A stretch of DNA of 62,962 nt, counting the filler, from Collodictyon triciliatum (Eukaryota), in the NCBI GenBank assembly GCA_043381765.1. It is 10 parts of 10 records of this genome, joined end to end, with 100 filler letters (N's around TTAATTAATTAA, not from the genome) between each part and the next. Parts side by side here need not be neighbours in the genome. Positions count along the whole stretch, not along the records: positions 12,978 to 19,326 come from JBHJMP010004495.1; positions 19,427 to 25,808 come from JBHJMP010004496.1; positions 25,909 to 32,290 come from JBHJMP010004497.1; positions 32,391 to 38,771 come from JBHJMP010004498.1; 6 more parts are not named here. The stretch is one strand, 5' to 3'. Of this stretch, positions 13,875-32,719 are shown piece by piece (positions within the stretch are counted from its first letter, which is position 1; the number at the start of each line of letters is the position of its first letter). A program made the position numbers and the translations under genes. The notes under the pieces were generated by a model. It had not been told where the DNA came from, searched no databases, and saw nothing but the letters and a program-made list of their open reading frames with translations.

Positions 13875-15241
13875 ATGAGCGTGGAGCGGCTGAACAGGGC
13901 GTTCACCCAGGGGCGGGCGGCATTTATCGGGTACGTGCCGTGCGGCTACCCGACGCCCGCAGAGAGCGCGGGGCTGCTGCTGGCCATGCAGGCAGGGGGC
14001 GTGGACCTCATCGAGCTGGGCGTGCCCTTCACAGACCCGCTGGCCGACGGCAACACCATCCAGCAGGCCAACCACCACGCCCTCGCCCGCCACAACACCT
14101 CCCTGCGCGACTGCCTCGCCACCGTCCGCGCCGCCCGCGCCGCAGGCCTCACCGTCCCGCTGGTCCTCATGGGCTACTACAACCCCATCCTGGCCTTTGG
14201 CGAGGCTGCCCTTGTCCGGTCCGTCCCTCTCCCTCTCCCTCTCCCTGTCCCTGTCCTTGTCTCTGCCCCACGGCTCGCCGGCAGGATCAGCCCCTGCCCG
14301 GGGCGGAGTGATCCGGATTCCTTCTCTCCTGCTTACACCCACTGCCTTGTCATACCATATTTGTATTTGCATTCGCCTGTGTCGCGGCGGACGCAACTCA
14401 CCCGCAAAACCCCTCCGCCTGCAGTGCCTGCGTGGCCGACGGCGTGGACGGGCTGATTGTGGTCGACCTGCCCCCGGAGGAGGCCTCCTCGCTCATTGCG
14501 CTCTGCCACGAGGGCGGCATCGGCTACGTCCCGCTCGTTGCCCCCACCACCTCCGATGCCCGCCTGCAGAAGGTCTGCGCATACACTCCCTTTGTTTCCT
14601 TTTGTCTGTATCTGTATCTGTATCTGTATCTGTATCGCCCTCATCTGCGGGAATGAGAATGGGTGGCCCACTTAAGAGAAGCAATCCTTCAAAGCAAACA
14701 GTCCATGAGTCCTGACTCTGTGCCCCGCCCCTCTCCCCACTCTCCACTCTTCACCTTTCACTCTCTGTGTCCAGATTGCAAAGCATGCAAACAGCTGGGT
14801 CTACTGTGTCAGCAGCCTCGGCGTCACTGGGCAGCGCAGCGAACTGCCGGCCGAGTTGGAGCAACTGGTGATGCGTGTGAAGCAGGCCATCCCCCGCCCT
14901 GTGGCTGTGGGCTTTGGCATCACTACAAGGTTTTCCTCTTTTTATATCTCTTCTGGGGATTTTATTGGGCTACGTGTGGACTCTCTCTCTCTCTCTCTCT
15001 GTCCTCTTTGACTCTTCTGACCCTTCACTTATTTATGTATATGTATAAAAATACTTGTTCTACTTCTGCTCTTATTTATCTCACCGCCAGGGCGCACGTG
15101 GAGAGTGTCAGTAGGATTGCCGACGGGGCGGTGATGGGCTCGGCCATTGTGAATGCCATCGACAAAGGCGGCGAGACTGCCGAGTCCCGCGTACAGGCGC
15201 TTCTTGACTTCCTGCGCTCAGTTGTCGGCCCCGCTGCGTAA
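13875..15241 (+). CDS. trpA: Tryptophan synthase alpha subunit, stand-alone, 265 aa, 4 exons
   Basis: Exons 13875-14218, 14425-14572, 14775-14929 and 15091-15241 total 798 nt. Motifs: IELGVPFTDPLADG (catalytic Glu and Asp), LMGYYNPI, GVDGLIVVDLPPEE, VPLVAPTTS, YCVSSLGVTG, PVAVGFGI, DGAVMGSAIV. Confidence 0.96.
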
Positions 15242-15932
15242 GAAACAGACTTTGCGGGAAATGCAACCACAGAACTCTACAGAACTATTCCGAGATGGCA
15301 TAAACTGACAGTAGAAGACGAGTATGATTCTCCGGCGAACGCACATTCGAGCCATAGGAAAGAAAGGGTGGAGTGGCATGGTGTTTTATTTGACGTTCCA
15401 CAGTCTCCCGTGTAGGAAGCCCTCTTCCTTTTCTTTTTCACCTCGCGGGGAGGACAGAGTAGGGGGCGTTACGAGAGTGTGGGTCGCGCTTTCTTTTTTC
15501 TTATTTCTTTTTTTTAGTTGTTGTGAGTTTCGCGCTGGAGAAATACGAAGGATAAAAAAAAAAGGCAGGGGCGGAGGAGGCACAGGACATGGCGCGACGC
15601 AGCCAGGTGAGACAGAGTCGCCTGCAGTTGTGAATGATGCAAATGCGTGAGAATGACAGACAGCTAAGGGGACAAAAAGATGGACAGCCATAAGAAAAAA
15701 TAGAAAAGAGGATCAGGATATGAAGTCCACATCTACGCAGTGAAGATAAGGACGATCGAAAGAAGCAAAATACAAGGATCGCTGCCGACAGACACCACAC
15801 AGAGAAAAAATAAAAGAAAAAAAGAAAAGAGAACAAGCATTCAGGGCAGAGTTAGGGTGACAGCCGATTTATATCAGTGGAGAGCGGGATGTGGAGCAGG
15901 GTGGAGCGGAAGAGAAGGGAATGAAGGGCTAC

Positions 15933-16816
<884 letters not shown>

Positions 16817-19230
16817 TTAGTTATTTGGTTGGTTGGTTGGTTGGCTTTCTGTATGGTCGATCAGTGGTGTGTTGTGTTGTGATGTGGTTTGGGTAGGGGC
16901 AGGGAGGGCGGAAGGGGGACACAGGCACGCCCGGTGTTATACGCCCCGCGCGGCTCTGCCACTTGGCAGCGGCCTTTCAGGGGTTGAGTCACGGGCCTTC
17001 CGCGAAGACTGCCACGTGGCCCGGAGGATTTGCCGTTTTGGGAGGGTTTCATGGAGGGCGGCTGTTTGTCGCCTGTATATTGCCCGGCGCTTGTTTTGTG
17101 TGGAGCGCAGGAGGGAAAGGGGCGTTGGGTTTTGGGGGAGCGGGTGGCACGAGGCGGCAGTGGGTGGACTATTCGAGTCGCGTGGTGTGCTTTTCTTTGT
17201 GTTCGGTCGGGCTGGGTTTGATCGGCGAGAGGGAGCGGGATGGGAGAATATAGTCTGGGTTGGCACTTGTTGTCTCTCTTGGTCTTCGCGCAGCCCCGCC
17301 CAGATGTGGATCGCTATGGACTATGGCCTTTGTTGCTGCTCATTTGGCTCTGTCTGAGAAAGACTCGACACTGCGGGATGCGTGGGTGTTATTGGGCTGG
17401 GCGAATGGCGAATGTTCGAGTGCCAAGAAAATATACTTATACGTGCCAGGTGGCTTTCGCAGAAATCGCACATAGTTGGAAGATGGTTTAGGTGAATGAT
17501 TGGCACACTCGCAAGGTCTTTCGGCCCAACTAGTCTCTATTGCATGGAAGCTTCCATGAATTTAAAGCGCAGTGTTATTGGACGAAATGTGGGTCTAGTT
17601 GTCGTGTTCCTCAAGTGTGGACTTGGATTGTGGCTGGTTGGGTTGAGATTCGGTAGGGCAGGGTGGGACATTAGATGACCGGCATCAGACCTATATCTAA
17701 GCTGCGTCCCGTGTGGTGTGTTGCGGCAAAAGGTCTTGCCTCGCATGCAGCCCGCACATCAAGCCAGTGCGAAATCGCCCCAGACAATCAGCAACGCCCT
17801 TGTATGTATTGGGTTTAAGTTCATCCATGTAGTTTCTTCCCCCGATGTGATGCTGGCAATTTTACACAATATGTGGTAGAGTTGGAGAAAAGGGAGAAAT
17901 GAATCGCACGGAATGCCCTTATCTCACCCAGGAATAGAGGCATCAATTATTATTTGACATACGTATGGTTTGGAGATTATTTAATCTTATTCAATTCAAA
18001 GTATACGTATGGTTTGGTAATAAGTAAGATATGGAGAACAAAACTGCATCGGAAAGTAAAATTCCACATATGGAAAAGTGACCGAGTAGGCGTGGTACCT
18101 GTACCAGACTGCATTTCTTCGCGTACATCTCTTTCTTGTTTTCCAGGACGCGCTGACATACCTTGTGAGTCATCGGCCCCCTATTTTCATCAGCGCTTTT
18201 AATTGATTGACCAATACTCTTCTACATCATCAAATCGAAAAATAAAATTTTGATTATGGTTCATTCCGTCAGATTTCCTTAGGCGCAGGTGAAGCACCCA
18301 CATTTTTTTTTTTAAAAAAAAAAATAGACCATAGTGATTGCCAGTATATCAAAAATTCATTTACATGTTCATTATCTATTATAGTTGAAGAATCTACTAC
18401 AATGTTATCTTTTCTCTCCACACATTCTCCTATTTTTTTCCAACTTTTCATTCGACCATCACGCATACCCAAAAAAAAAAAAAAAACTGATGGATAAGGA
18501 GGCACTACGCCAATCCATTTTCACGACTGTCTTCGCACGGTCACAATATCCATAACAACGGTTCATCGAGATTTCCTGGTATCGATCGTATATTCAACGC
18601 AAAAGTGAGGGATATAGACCGATTTTTTTTTTTAATCGGCATCTCACTACAAATCATATGAATTCACTTTCGGATATTGACTCATAGTACCTTGTGACTT
18701 GTAACATCGGTCGATGTATTCTCTCTATCTCGTTTTGCTTTAGTATAATTTTGTGCTGACACTATCCATCTCATGAAAGGATGGAATGTTTTTGACAGTG
18801 ATTTTTTTATTTACGTCATCTTCACAGTTTTTTTTTTCAGTGGAGTTGGTGACACACAATAGAATTTTCAAATTAAATACATGATTTAGCGAAGCATCAA
18901 CACAGAAAATACAGCATCACTAAGCTATAATCTTTTTCTCAATTTGTCTACCTTTGATGAGAAAACAAACGCTCATGTTCAGTTTGCCACAAAAGAACGC
19001 TTTGTGTGCCTGCTCCCTACCGCGTAGCTCATGCCTTAGAAGGAGTCGCGGTTGCGCGCAGAATCTGGTGTATTTGCAAATGTGGATAATACATTCAATA
19101 ACTTTTCTCTCTTGTGCGCCAACTTTTGATCTCACCACCACCATCCAAAACTGTGTTTGACCTCCACATAATAATCCCTACGCCCCACACCCTGGCTTTG
19201 CAGAGGCGATCTTATTCGCGGAAACAGAAG

Positions 19231-19326
19231 CAAAACAAAACAAAACAAAACAAAACAAAACAAAACAAAACAAAACAAAACAAAACAAAACAAAACAAAA
19301 CAAAACAAAACAAAACAAAACAAAAC
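19231..19326. repeat. (CAAAA)n microsatellite at scaffold end
   Basis: Perfect pentanucleotide run. Confidence 0.95.
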
Positions 19327-19426
19327 NNNNNNNNNNNNNNNNNNNNNNNNNNNNNNNNNNNNNNNNNNNNTTAATTAATTAANNNNNNNNNNNNNNNNNN
19401 NNNNNNNNNNNNNNNNNNNNNNNNNN

Positions 19427-19643
19427 TCTATTGTATTTCTATTGTATTTCTATTGTATTTCTATTGTATTTCTATTGTATTTCTATTGTATTTCTATTGT
19501 ATTTCTATTGTATTTCTATTGTATTTCTATTGTATTTCTATTTTATGTCTTGTCTTTTATGTTTTGTCTTTTATGTTTTGTCTTTTATGTTTTGTCTTTT
19601 ATGTTTTGTCTTTTATGTTTTGTCTTTTATGTTTTGTCTTTTA
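19427..19643. repeat. Compound minisatellite (TCTATTGTATT)n followed by (TTTTGTCTTTTATG)n
   Basis: An 11-bp unit followed by a 14-bp unit, in tandem. Confidence 0.93.
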
Positions 19644-19710
19644 TCATATATCCTTTGTCTTTTTTATTGTTCTTACATCATATACTGCAATATCATGAGC
19701 ATTATTTAAG

Positions 19711-22700
19711 CTAATCGCCCAACAGGAGCCTGTCGGCGATGTACCTGTGTCATCTGAAAGCAAAATACCCTCTGCCAGACAAAAGGCTGCCACATCAAAA
19801 CGAATTACCTCCGGTGCATCAACCCAGAACACAACGTTGCCTTCACAGACTCAAAATACTCCTTCACATAATCTCCCACGGAACATCGATGAATCAAACC
19901 AGTTTACGGTGGATTTAGACGAAAGGGATAAAGGTTTGATTACTCATGAATCCCTTTGAAAAATATTCTTGATATATTATACATAATGCACTACCAGTCC
20001 TTTTGCTAATTGCTTGAAACCAATCAATACTTTATGATTATTTGTCTGGTTCATAATATCTTCAATCTTTTTGACTGTAAATCGACAGTATTACCGAATC
20101 CTGCTAGCGCTATGGTTAGTTTAAGAAAAAAATTCTTAAAAATTACATATATATTTTTTCTCAATTAAAAAGGGAAAATAAACTACTATGTATCTTTTAT
20201 ATTGAAACAAATCAGATAAAGACATTCTCACTCTTATTTTACTATTTTAAGACAAAAGATAGCGTTTATATTTCCGATGAAGTTCAACAAAACCGAAAAG
20301 GTAAATACAATCACCATCAGTATTTATTTTGAAATATGATTATGAAATTTTTGATATTTTTTATGGTCTTTTGTGTATTAGTTTCCCAGCAAAGAGATAT
20401 TAAACAAATGTCAAGAAAACCTAGAAGGTATGATTCAACACATACGTCGTATCAAGATAGTAATAGAATTTTACGAATCTGTTTCAATTTAAAAAAAATC
20501 GTCAGTCTCATGCACTATTGTTATTTGGGTGGGAAATAGTGATGGTACAATACCAAAAGAAAATGAGCCTAAAATTGAACGAGACAGGCAAGATAGACAA
20601 AAAGATGAAGTCAGGATTTTGGAAAATGTAAAATTTCTTATTTTCACTCTCGAAGATGATATAAAATCAGGAATTCATTTCATCATACTCAACCTCTTGA
20701 TTTCTCTTCATCATATATCGAATTCACCTTTGTTTCTGTGCTCGCCACCGTAATTTTTGCCCTCTATGTCACATACAAAGAATGTATATAATTTTTTTAG
20801 TAAAAAAAGAAATAGAAGAGTTGAATTCTGTAAATTCGACAGATTTTGAAGAAGGTAGAAAAAGATGCTGCGTCACTCAACACTCGATATACAGAATTAC
20901 AAAAGCAAACCGAAAGCACTTTTCACGAAAACAAGACACTTAAGGTTTGACCTACTATGTTCATTCAATTATTTCATCTGAAATAAAGGAACCTCATTGA
21001 GGTGTATATATCTTGAATGTCAAATTTTGAAGAGGTCGTGTAGACACCAAATGTAAATGTATCCCTGAATGAATCTACAATATTTATAAATCTGAACTAT
21101 AAAAAAAAAAATGTAGGAGAAACTACGTATCACGCAAGAGAGACTGTCGTATTGCGAGCGCACAATCCAAAGTCAGGAAGAGTTGATTGCAAAATTGAAG
21201 GTGAGATTGTACAGAATTTGAGTATGACGTGAAAATGTATGATTAACTCATTCATGATATCTAATTGCATATGTACATGTGTTTGTTTCAATGTCATGCA
21301 TGTGTAGAGTCAACAAAAGCGTTACGAACAACTCGTGAAGGCTAAAAATATTGATGTCAATGCCCCTGATGAAGTCGAAAGATTGAAGCGCTTGATTGAT
21401 GAGAAGGATAAGATTATACAGGTTTTTTTTGTCTCATCGGAAAATATGCATAATACCTCTTTTGCTAATACTATATGCATACATGGGATGACTATTTTTT
21501 TCAAAGTAAAAATGTGAAAATGAAATGAAAGGATGGTCGACTAAAAACAAAACTACTGGAGGATGCTCGACAATCAGTATTCTTTTTATTTAAAAAAAAA
21601 GAGCATATATATTAAGTTACTTGTTTGAAGTGATATCTCAAGTAGGATACTCAGTCAACACATTATCAGGCCATAGTGCCTGCAATACAAAGTAAATCGA
21701 TTGCTCTATAAAAGAAAAATCATAATAATTTCATATCAGGATGCTAAGAAATACAAAGCACTTATCAAATCTGCACAAACGGAGACCGCAATCGTTCGTA
21801 AAGAACTTGAACAAGTTATCAATGAGCTAAAGGTATATATTGGAAATTGTAAATTATTCATTAGAAGTGAAAATAAAACAATTCATGTAACCAGATAATC
21901 TGAATTGGACACAAAATTACATCTATAAATGCCATGTTACATACGTCCCAAATAAAAATGTGCCTTTTATGCAACATATATATAGATAGGAGAAAATAAT
22001 TGTTTTATATAAATAAGGAATTAATCTATTTACAAAATACACATATTTACATTTTTGCTTTGTTATCAATTTATGATTAATCAATCAGGACCGAGAAAAC
22101 GAGTACAAAGTGCAGCAAGTGAAAGGAGAAAAATCCTTCAAGAGGAAAAAGAAAGCCACCGCCGACGGAGCACGAGCAAAGGAGCCGACCTCCGAACCTC
22201 GCGAAGGCGCTCCATTCGACAACGAATCCAGACATGAGACCAGTGATGATAACGAGAATGACGAGAACGACAACGACAACTACAACGATGAAAATGATGA
22301 AAATGATGAAAATGATGCTCCATCCCCATCCAAGTATGACGCACCTCCGCCTCGCCAAGACACTCCCACGACAACACTCCCACCCATCCACAATCGCCCA
22401 TCATCTCGCGAATCCGCAGAGATCCACGATGATCCGTTCCCACGCATGGCATCTCCGGCTTCGTCCGAGTCCATTTCCCGCATGAGCATGGCCGAGTCGC
22501 AGCCCAGCCAAACCCCAACAACTCTGCAGAAGATCAAGCCAAAGCCGCCACAGACACCGGACCCGTCCCACGCATTCCTGCGCTCTCCGCAGATGAGTTC
22601 ACGCCTCCATCCGGATCCGTCGGATCAATCAGGATCTGCATCCAATGCGGGATTCAGCCGACCCTCTGTTCCCAGCCTCGGTCCCAGCCCACGGAAAGAC

Positions 22701-24047
22701 GTGGACGGGCTGCCCGCGCGTGATCCGGGTGTGATCCTGCCTTCCGTGTCCAAGCCGAAAAAGACTACACACTTTGCGCCGTCTGTCGTCTCACGCCACG
22801 ACTTATCCCACAGCGAGAGCCCACATTCATCGGTCGTGAATCCCGCCGAGCCGCAGGGCGTCTTTGGCGCGGCCATCACGGTTAATCAACAAGCAGACGA
22901 CCGGCTCATCAGAGCCCATGTGATCCACACCTCGGATCAGCGGCTGCGCTCGGCCGGTTCCCATGCGCTTTCTGATCCGCTCCCGTCCATCACACCGACG
23001 GCAAACGTGCAGCAGAGCCGCTCCCGCTTCATTGCCATCCAGAAGCAGAGGCTGATGCAGGGCAATGCCGGCGACCCCATCCCCGGATCCGGGCCGGATC
23101 ACACAGATCTGCCGGAGATGTCGCTCGACGGGCATCCACGCGGCGAGCTTGTCCGGCAGTCCTGGGAGGGTCGGCTGCACTCTGGATCCTCGCTGATCCG
23201 CTCATCGCCCAGCCACACAGAGACGCCGGAGAGCGAGCGGGCAGACGGATTCGAGATGGATCCGTCGTGTCAGCCCGAGGCAGCGCAGCACGAAATCGAG
23301 GAAGATATGCACCCGGATTCGGAGAGCCCCCCAGCAGATCCGATTTACGACAGCGGCTTCGATTCAGACAACGACATCGCCGACTTTGAGCACAACACAG
23401 CATCGGCCATTCCGGCGAGAATGCAGAACCGCTCGCGGAAAGCGCAGCCGCTGCCGCCGGATCATGAATGCGCCAATGGATCCGACACAGACTCCGAGCC
23501 GGATTCCAGCAGCTCCGGGCCAAAGGCAGGCACCCGTGGCCCAGCCGAGGGAGAGACGGGGTCGGGAAAGGAAGAGGGTGGGAGTCGCGAAGGGCATCGG
23601 ATCCGCCGCCCACCCGGACTAGATCCGAATTTGATTATCCCAACGCCGAGCCATCAATCCGGGCCGAATCTGCTACATTCGCCACCGCCGTATCAGGCTC
23701 GCTTGCATCTTGCGTCGCAGTCATCGCGCGTGTCTTCTGCGGCTGCAGGAGGGATGACCAGCCTCACGCCGGGCGGGCCCACCATCAGCTCCAGGATTAC
23801 GGCGGATCACATGGATGCGGCTGTGCCAACGCCCGCGGCTGCTGGTCTGCTGCAGTATGGCGCAAGAATGCGCTCTGCTGGCTCCGGAGCAGGCTCCAAT
23901 CCGACATCAGCGGCCTCTCACCGGAAGCATTCTGTGCAGGAGAGAGAGTATACGCCGCAGCGGATCCAAAAGGCTCTCAAGTACGGGACGCCCGATTCCG
24001 CGGATCTGGTGAATCCACGGGTGCTCACAAGTGCGGCCCTAGTTTAG
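19711..24047 (+). CDS. Coiled-coil protein with a lebercilin (LCA5)-like segment and a long disordered Ser/Pro/Asp-rich C-terminal exon; 5' partial
   Basis: About 11 GT-AG exons splice in frame: ...ENKTLKEKLRITQERLSYCERTIQSQEELIAKLKSQQKRYEQLVKAKN...DEKDKIIQ...ELEQVINELKDRENEYKVQ, resembling the lebercilin coiled coil (LKERLRKSQE...LKEKEREL). The last exon is about 22090-24047. The gene structure is solid; the family call is tentative. Confidence 0.6.
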
Positions 24048-24669
24048 CATCGGGTGGATGTGGATTATGTGTTTTTGTGTCCGGATTATGCTGGCTTTTT
24101 CTTTTTGTTTGCCTCTTCCTTGTGAGTTTTGTTTATGATAATGATGATGATAGTGATACTTCTGTAGTATTTTATGTCCCTGTCAGAAATTGAAATAAAG
24201 CGAAAGACAGATGCCGTGTGATTTGAACCGTTTGTTTATGTTTGTTCCATCGGCTTCATCTACGGATAATGATGCAGAAAAGAAATAGGGGCGTTGGCTC
24301 CAATCCCTTTTTTTCAATCCACATTATTATTTTTTTTTTTGATGAACTCTTTTTCCATCTGCCGTCTTAAAACCACATTCATAACAGTGAAGTTTGTCTA
24401 TCTGTCTCAGTTCATATCATTCCTGACGTTACCTTTTTCTTCCATTTTCCATTTCTTTTATTTTCTTTTATTTTCTTTTATTTTCTTTTATTTTCTTTTA
24501 TTTTCTTTTATTTTCTTTTATTTTCTTTTATTTTCTTTTATTTTCTTTTATTTTTTTTATTTTCGAAATATTTAATGCAAGACATCGTTTTATTATTATG
24601 GGGGAAATTAATCAGCCATCACATATGTATATTCATTTTGTTTTCCTCTGATTAGAAACGGGTGCAAAG

Positions 24670-25703
24670 CTACGGGAACGCGCTTCGGCCGCGGCGGTAT
24701 GTATTGATGACGACGTTGCCTTGAGCCACCTGGTGATCCGATGTGCGCGCGGATGAGCCGTACTGCATCTTTACGTTTGCCGCATGCGATGCAAAGGGTG
24801 ACGCTTCGGCTTCTCTTCGAGGGAGACTTTTGATTTGCGTAATGAAAAGAAAGAAAGAAAGGAAAGGAAAGGAAAGAAAATGGGTCAGTTTCATTGTGCG
24901 ATTAATGCAGTCCGTTTTGCTTACTTTGCTGCAGGACGGTATCTGCTGAAGGAGTCGGTTTCTCGGCCGTAGTCTCTATATTTGTTACGGAGTTTTATGT
25001 GGGATAGTAGAAAATGCGTGTACTTCGGTTGAATAGTTTGCTGTGGAGTAGATTATATCACCAACTGTGAATATAAATGATAAATCGTAATGGTTGCAAG
25101 GAGAAAAACAGAAAGTTGCAACGAAGGCGAAAAAAAAAGAGAGAGGAGGATATACAAGAATCGTTACCGAGCAGAATACGAGTCACCGCTTCTTGTGGGA
25201 ATTGGTCCGTTGCTTGAGCTGCGCAGTGACGAATTCAACGCAGAAGCCGCAGAGGCCGATGACGACGGCTGTCTCTGATTATATGACGAGTAGTCTGTCT
25301 GTTTGCTGCGAAGGATGTCAGAGTCGAAAAGGGACGAATGCGACCCGGAAAACGACCCTGAACCTTGAAAAGAAAGTGCGTAAGGTGGATTCAACCCCGA
25401 CTTCCACCGCTGTGATTGCGTTTGTGATTGGGATGGTGCTTGATGATTGGGATACATGTTTCCCGTCTGTCCGCTGGAAAATGTTGTGTTTGTGGAGGCA
25501 GGCCCCAGGGCAGATGCGTTGAGTGACGTGTTGAGGGCGTGTGTCCTGCGAGATGCAGACGAGTCGAGAAGGCTGCTCGGCGCTTCGTGGCTGAGTGACT
25601 GGTCCAGCCGGCCGGAGGAGATGCGCAGAGAGGCGTTTGCAAAGTCATCGAGCGTTGATGGCGTTTTCCGACGTCCCGATGAAACAGCCTTCTGGTGTTT
25701 CAT
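24670..25703 (-). CDS. Hypothetical Ser-rich low-complexity protein, multi-exon
   Basis: GC-rich ORF from ATG 25703 (MKHQKAVSSGRRK...) with further exons to TAG at 24670. No recognisable domain, and internal junctions are uncertain. Confidence 0.55.
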
Positions 25704-26050
25704 TTAATTTATTTTATTGTATTTTATTGTATTTTATTGTATTTTATTGTATTTTATTGTATTTTATTGTATTTTATTGTATTTTATTGTATTTTATTGT
25801 ATTTTATTNNNNNNNNNNNNNNNNNNNNNNNNNNNNNNNNNNNNNNNNNNNNTTAATTAATTAANNNNNNNNNNNNNNNNNNNNNNNNNNNNNNNNNNNN
25901 NNNNNNNNTTTTTGTTTTTTGTTTTTTGTTTTTTGTTTTTTGTTTTTTGTTTTTTGTTTTTTGTTTGTTTTTGTTTGCTTGTTTATGGAATTAAAAAGAA
26001 ATCGAAATTTACATCCTAATATTCCGAAAAACAAAACCTTTGGATGACAG

Positions 26051-31284
<5,234 letters not shown>

Positions 31285-31628
31285 CTTCAATAAGTTGGAT
31301 TAGTCAGTGTAAAATGAATAAAGATAGCACCAAAAAAACAAAAAACAAACAAGAAACAAGAGCTCAATTATACCATACATGTGTGGCCATAAGGCTCAAC
31401 AAAACAAAGCCACCATGCTGCTTTGATTTCGCTTGCTGGTTTGACAAAAAAATATTTATTAGCTGTGCACTTTTTTCCCTTTCATCTCATCATCATATTA
31501 TTATTATTACTATTATTATTTTACAGAAATATTGCAAACAACAGAATAGAAAAAAACTTTGTAAAAATGAGATATTTGTGAAAATCGGTAATTGAATACC
31601 TACTATCAGCGCAACCTCAGAAAAGGCC

Positions 31629-32162
31629 TCAAAGATACTTGGATGGATGGTATTGTTGAATGTCTCGAAAGAACTCGGAAACAATTCCACTTGCAAAGGA
31701 AATATCGCGAACACGTTGGACATACCGAATCCTGTGGTTTACATGTTTCACGTTAGCAATTCCGCCAACATAGGAAAGCCAAACATAATTAATGATATAC
31801 ATATTATAATCATAAAATGAAAAAAAAAGAAAAAGAAAAAAGAGGGTTGCAAGGTGGTGATTACCAGTCTTTTTGTTCTAAGAAATGAGAACGAATATCA
31901 GCAGCGTTAAGAACGCGGTTCGCCATTTCTTGTGCATAAATACTCGGGGATGTATTGGGAGGAATCTAAAGGCCAGATTTTAGAGGCATTAAAACTTTCC
32001 TCTCAAGAAAGCAAGTTGTTACAGAGTGTCTGGGAAACAAATGATAGGAGAGAAATAAAGATGATAAAATGGTAAATCAGTTATCAAGAACCATAATACA
32101 ATGAAAGGATTAGGATAACATACTACAGAGAGAGCGCAGACGGTAGGGTGAAATTTGGTTGC
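31629..32162 (-). CDS. 3' exons of an unidentified gene, cut off by the scaffold edge
   Basis: Three phase-compatible GT-AG exons: TKFHPTVCALSV / IPPNTSPSIYAQEMANRVLNAADIRSHFLEQKDW / IRYVQRVRDISFASGIVSEFFRDIQQYHPSKYL*. Confidence 0.5.
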
Positions 32163-32719
32163 TAAGTATATCGGTTATATTACTATATTTAAATTATGAT
32201 GATAAAAAAATATGGAGATAACTTTTTGTAGGTAATCAAAAAAAAAAAAAAAAAAAGCAAAGAAAACTAGTGCAAATATTTATAATCTATNNNNNNNNNN
32301 NNNNNNNNNNNNNNNNNNNNNNNNNNNNNNNNNNTTAATTAATTAANNNNNNNNNNNNNNNNNNNNNNNNNNNNNNNNNNNNNNNNNNNNACATAAAAAC
32401 ATAAAAACATAAAAACATAAAAACATAAAAACATAAAAACATAAAAACATAAAAACATAAAAACATAAAAACATAAAAACATAAAAACATAAAAACAAAG
32501 TCTTAATCAAAAAACACACAGTCTTGCAGCCGAGGCCGCCGACCGCTAGAGAAGCACCAGAGACCGTGACAACCCCGATGCTGGATCCACCGCGGACGTG
32601 AGCGACCAAACGACATATTCATTCGCATATATTCATGACCTTCTATTCAAAAATTCCCTTCATCATAAACATATTTTATCTCTCCCGCGCTGTGATGATA
32701 CGAATTTGCTCACGCGAGA

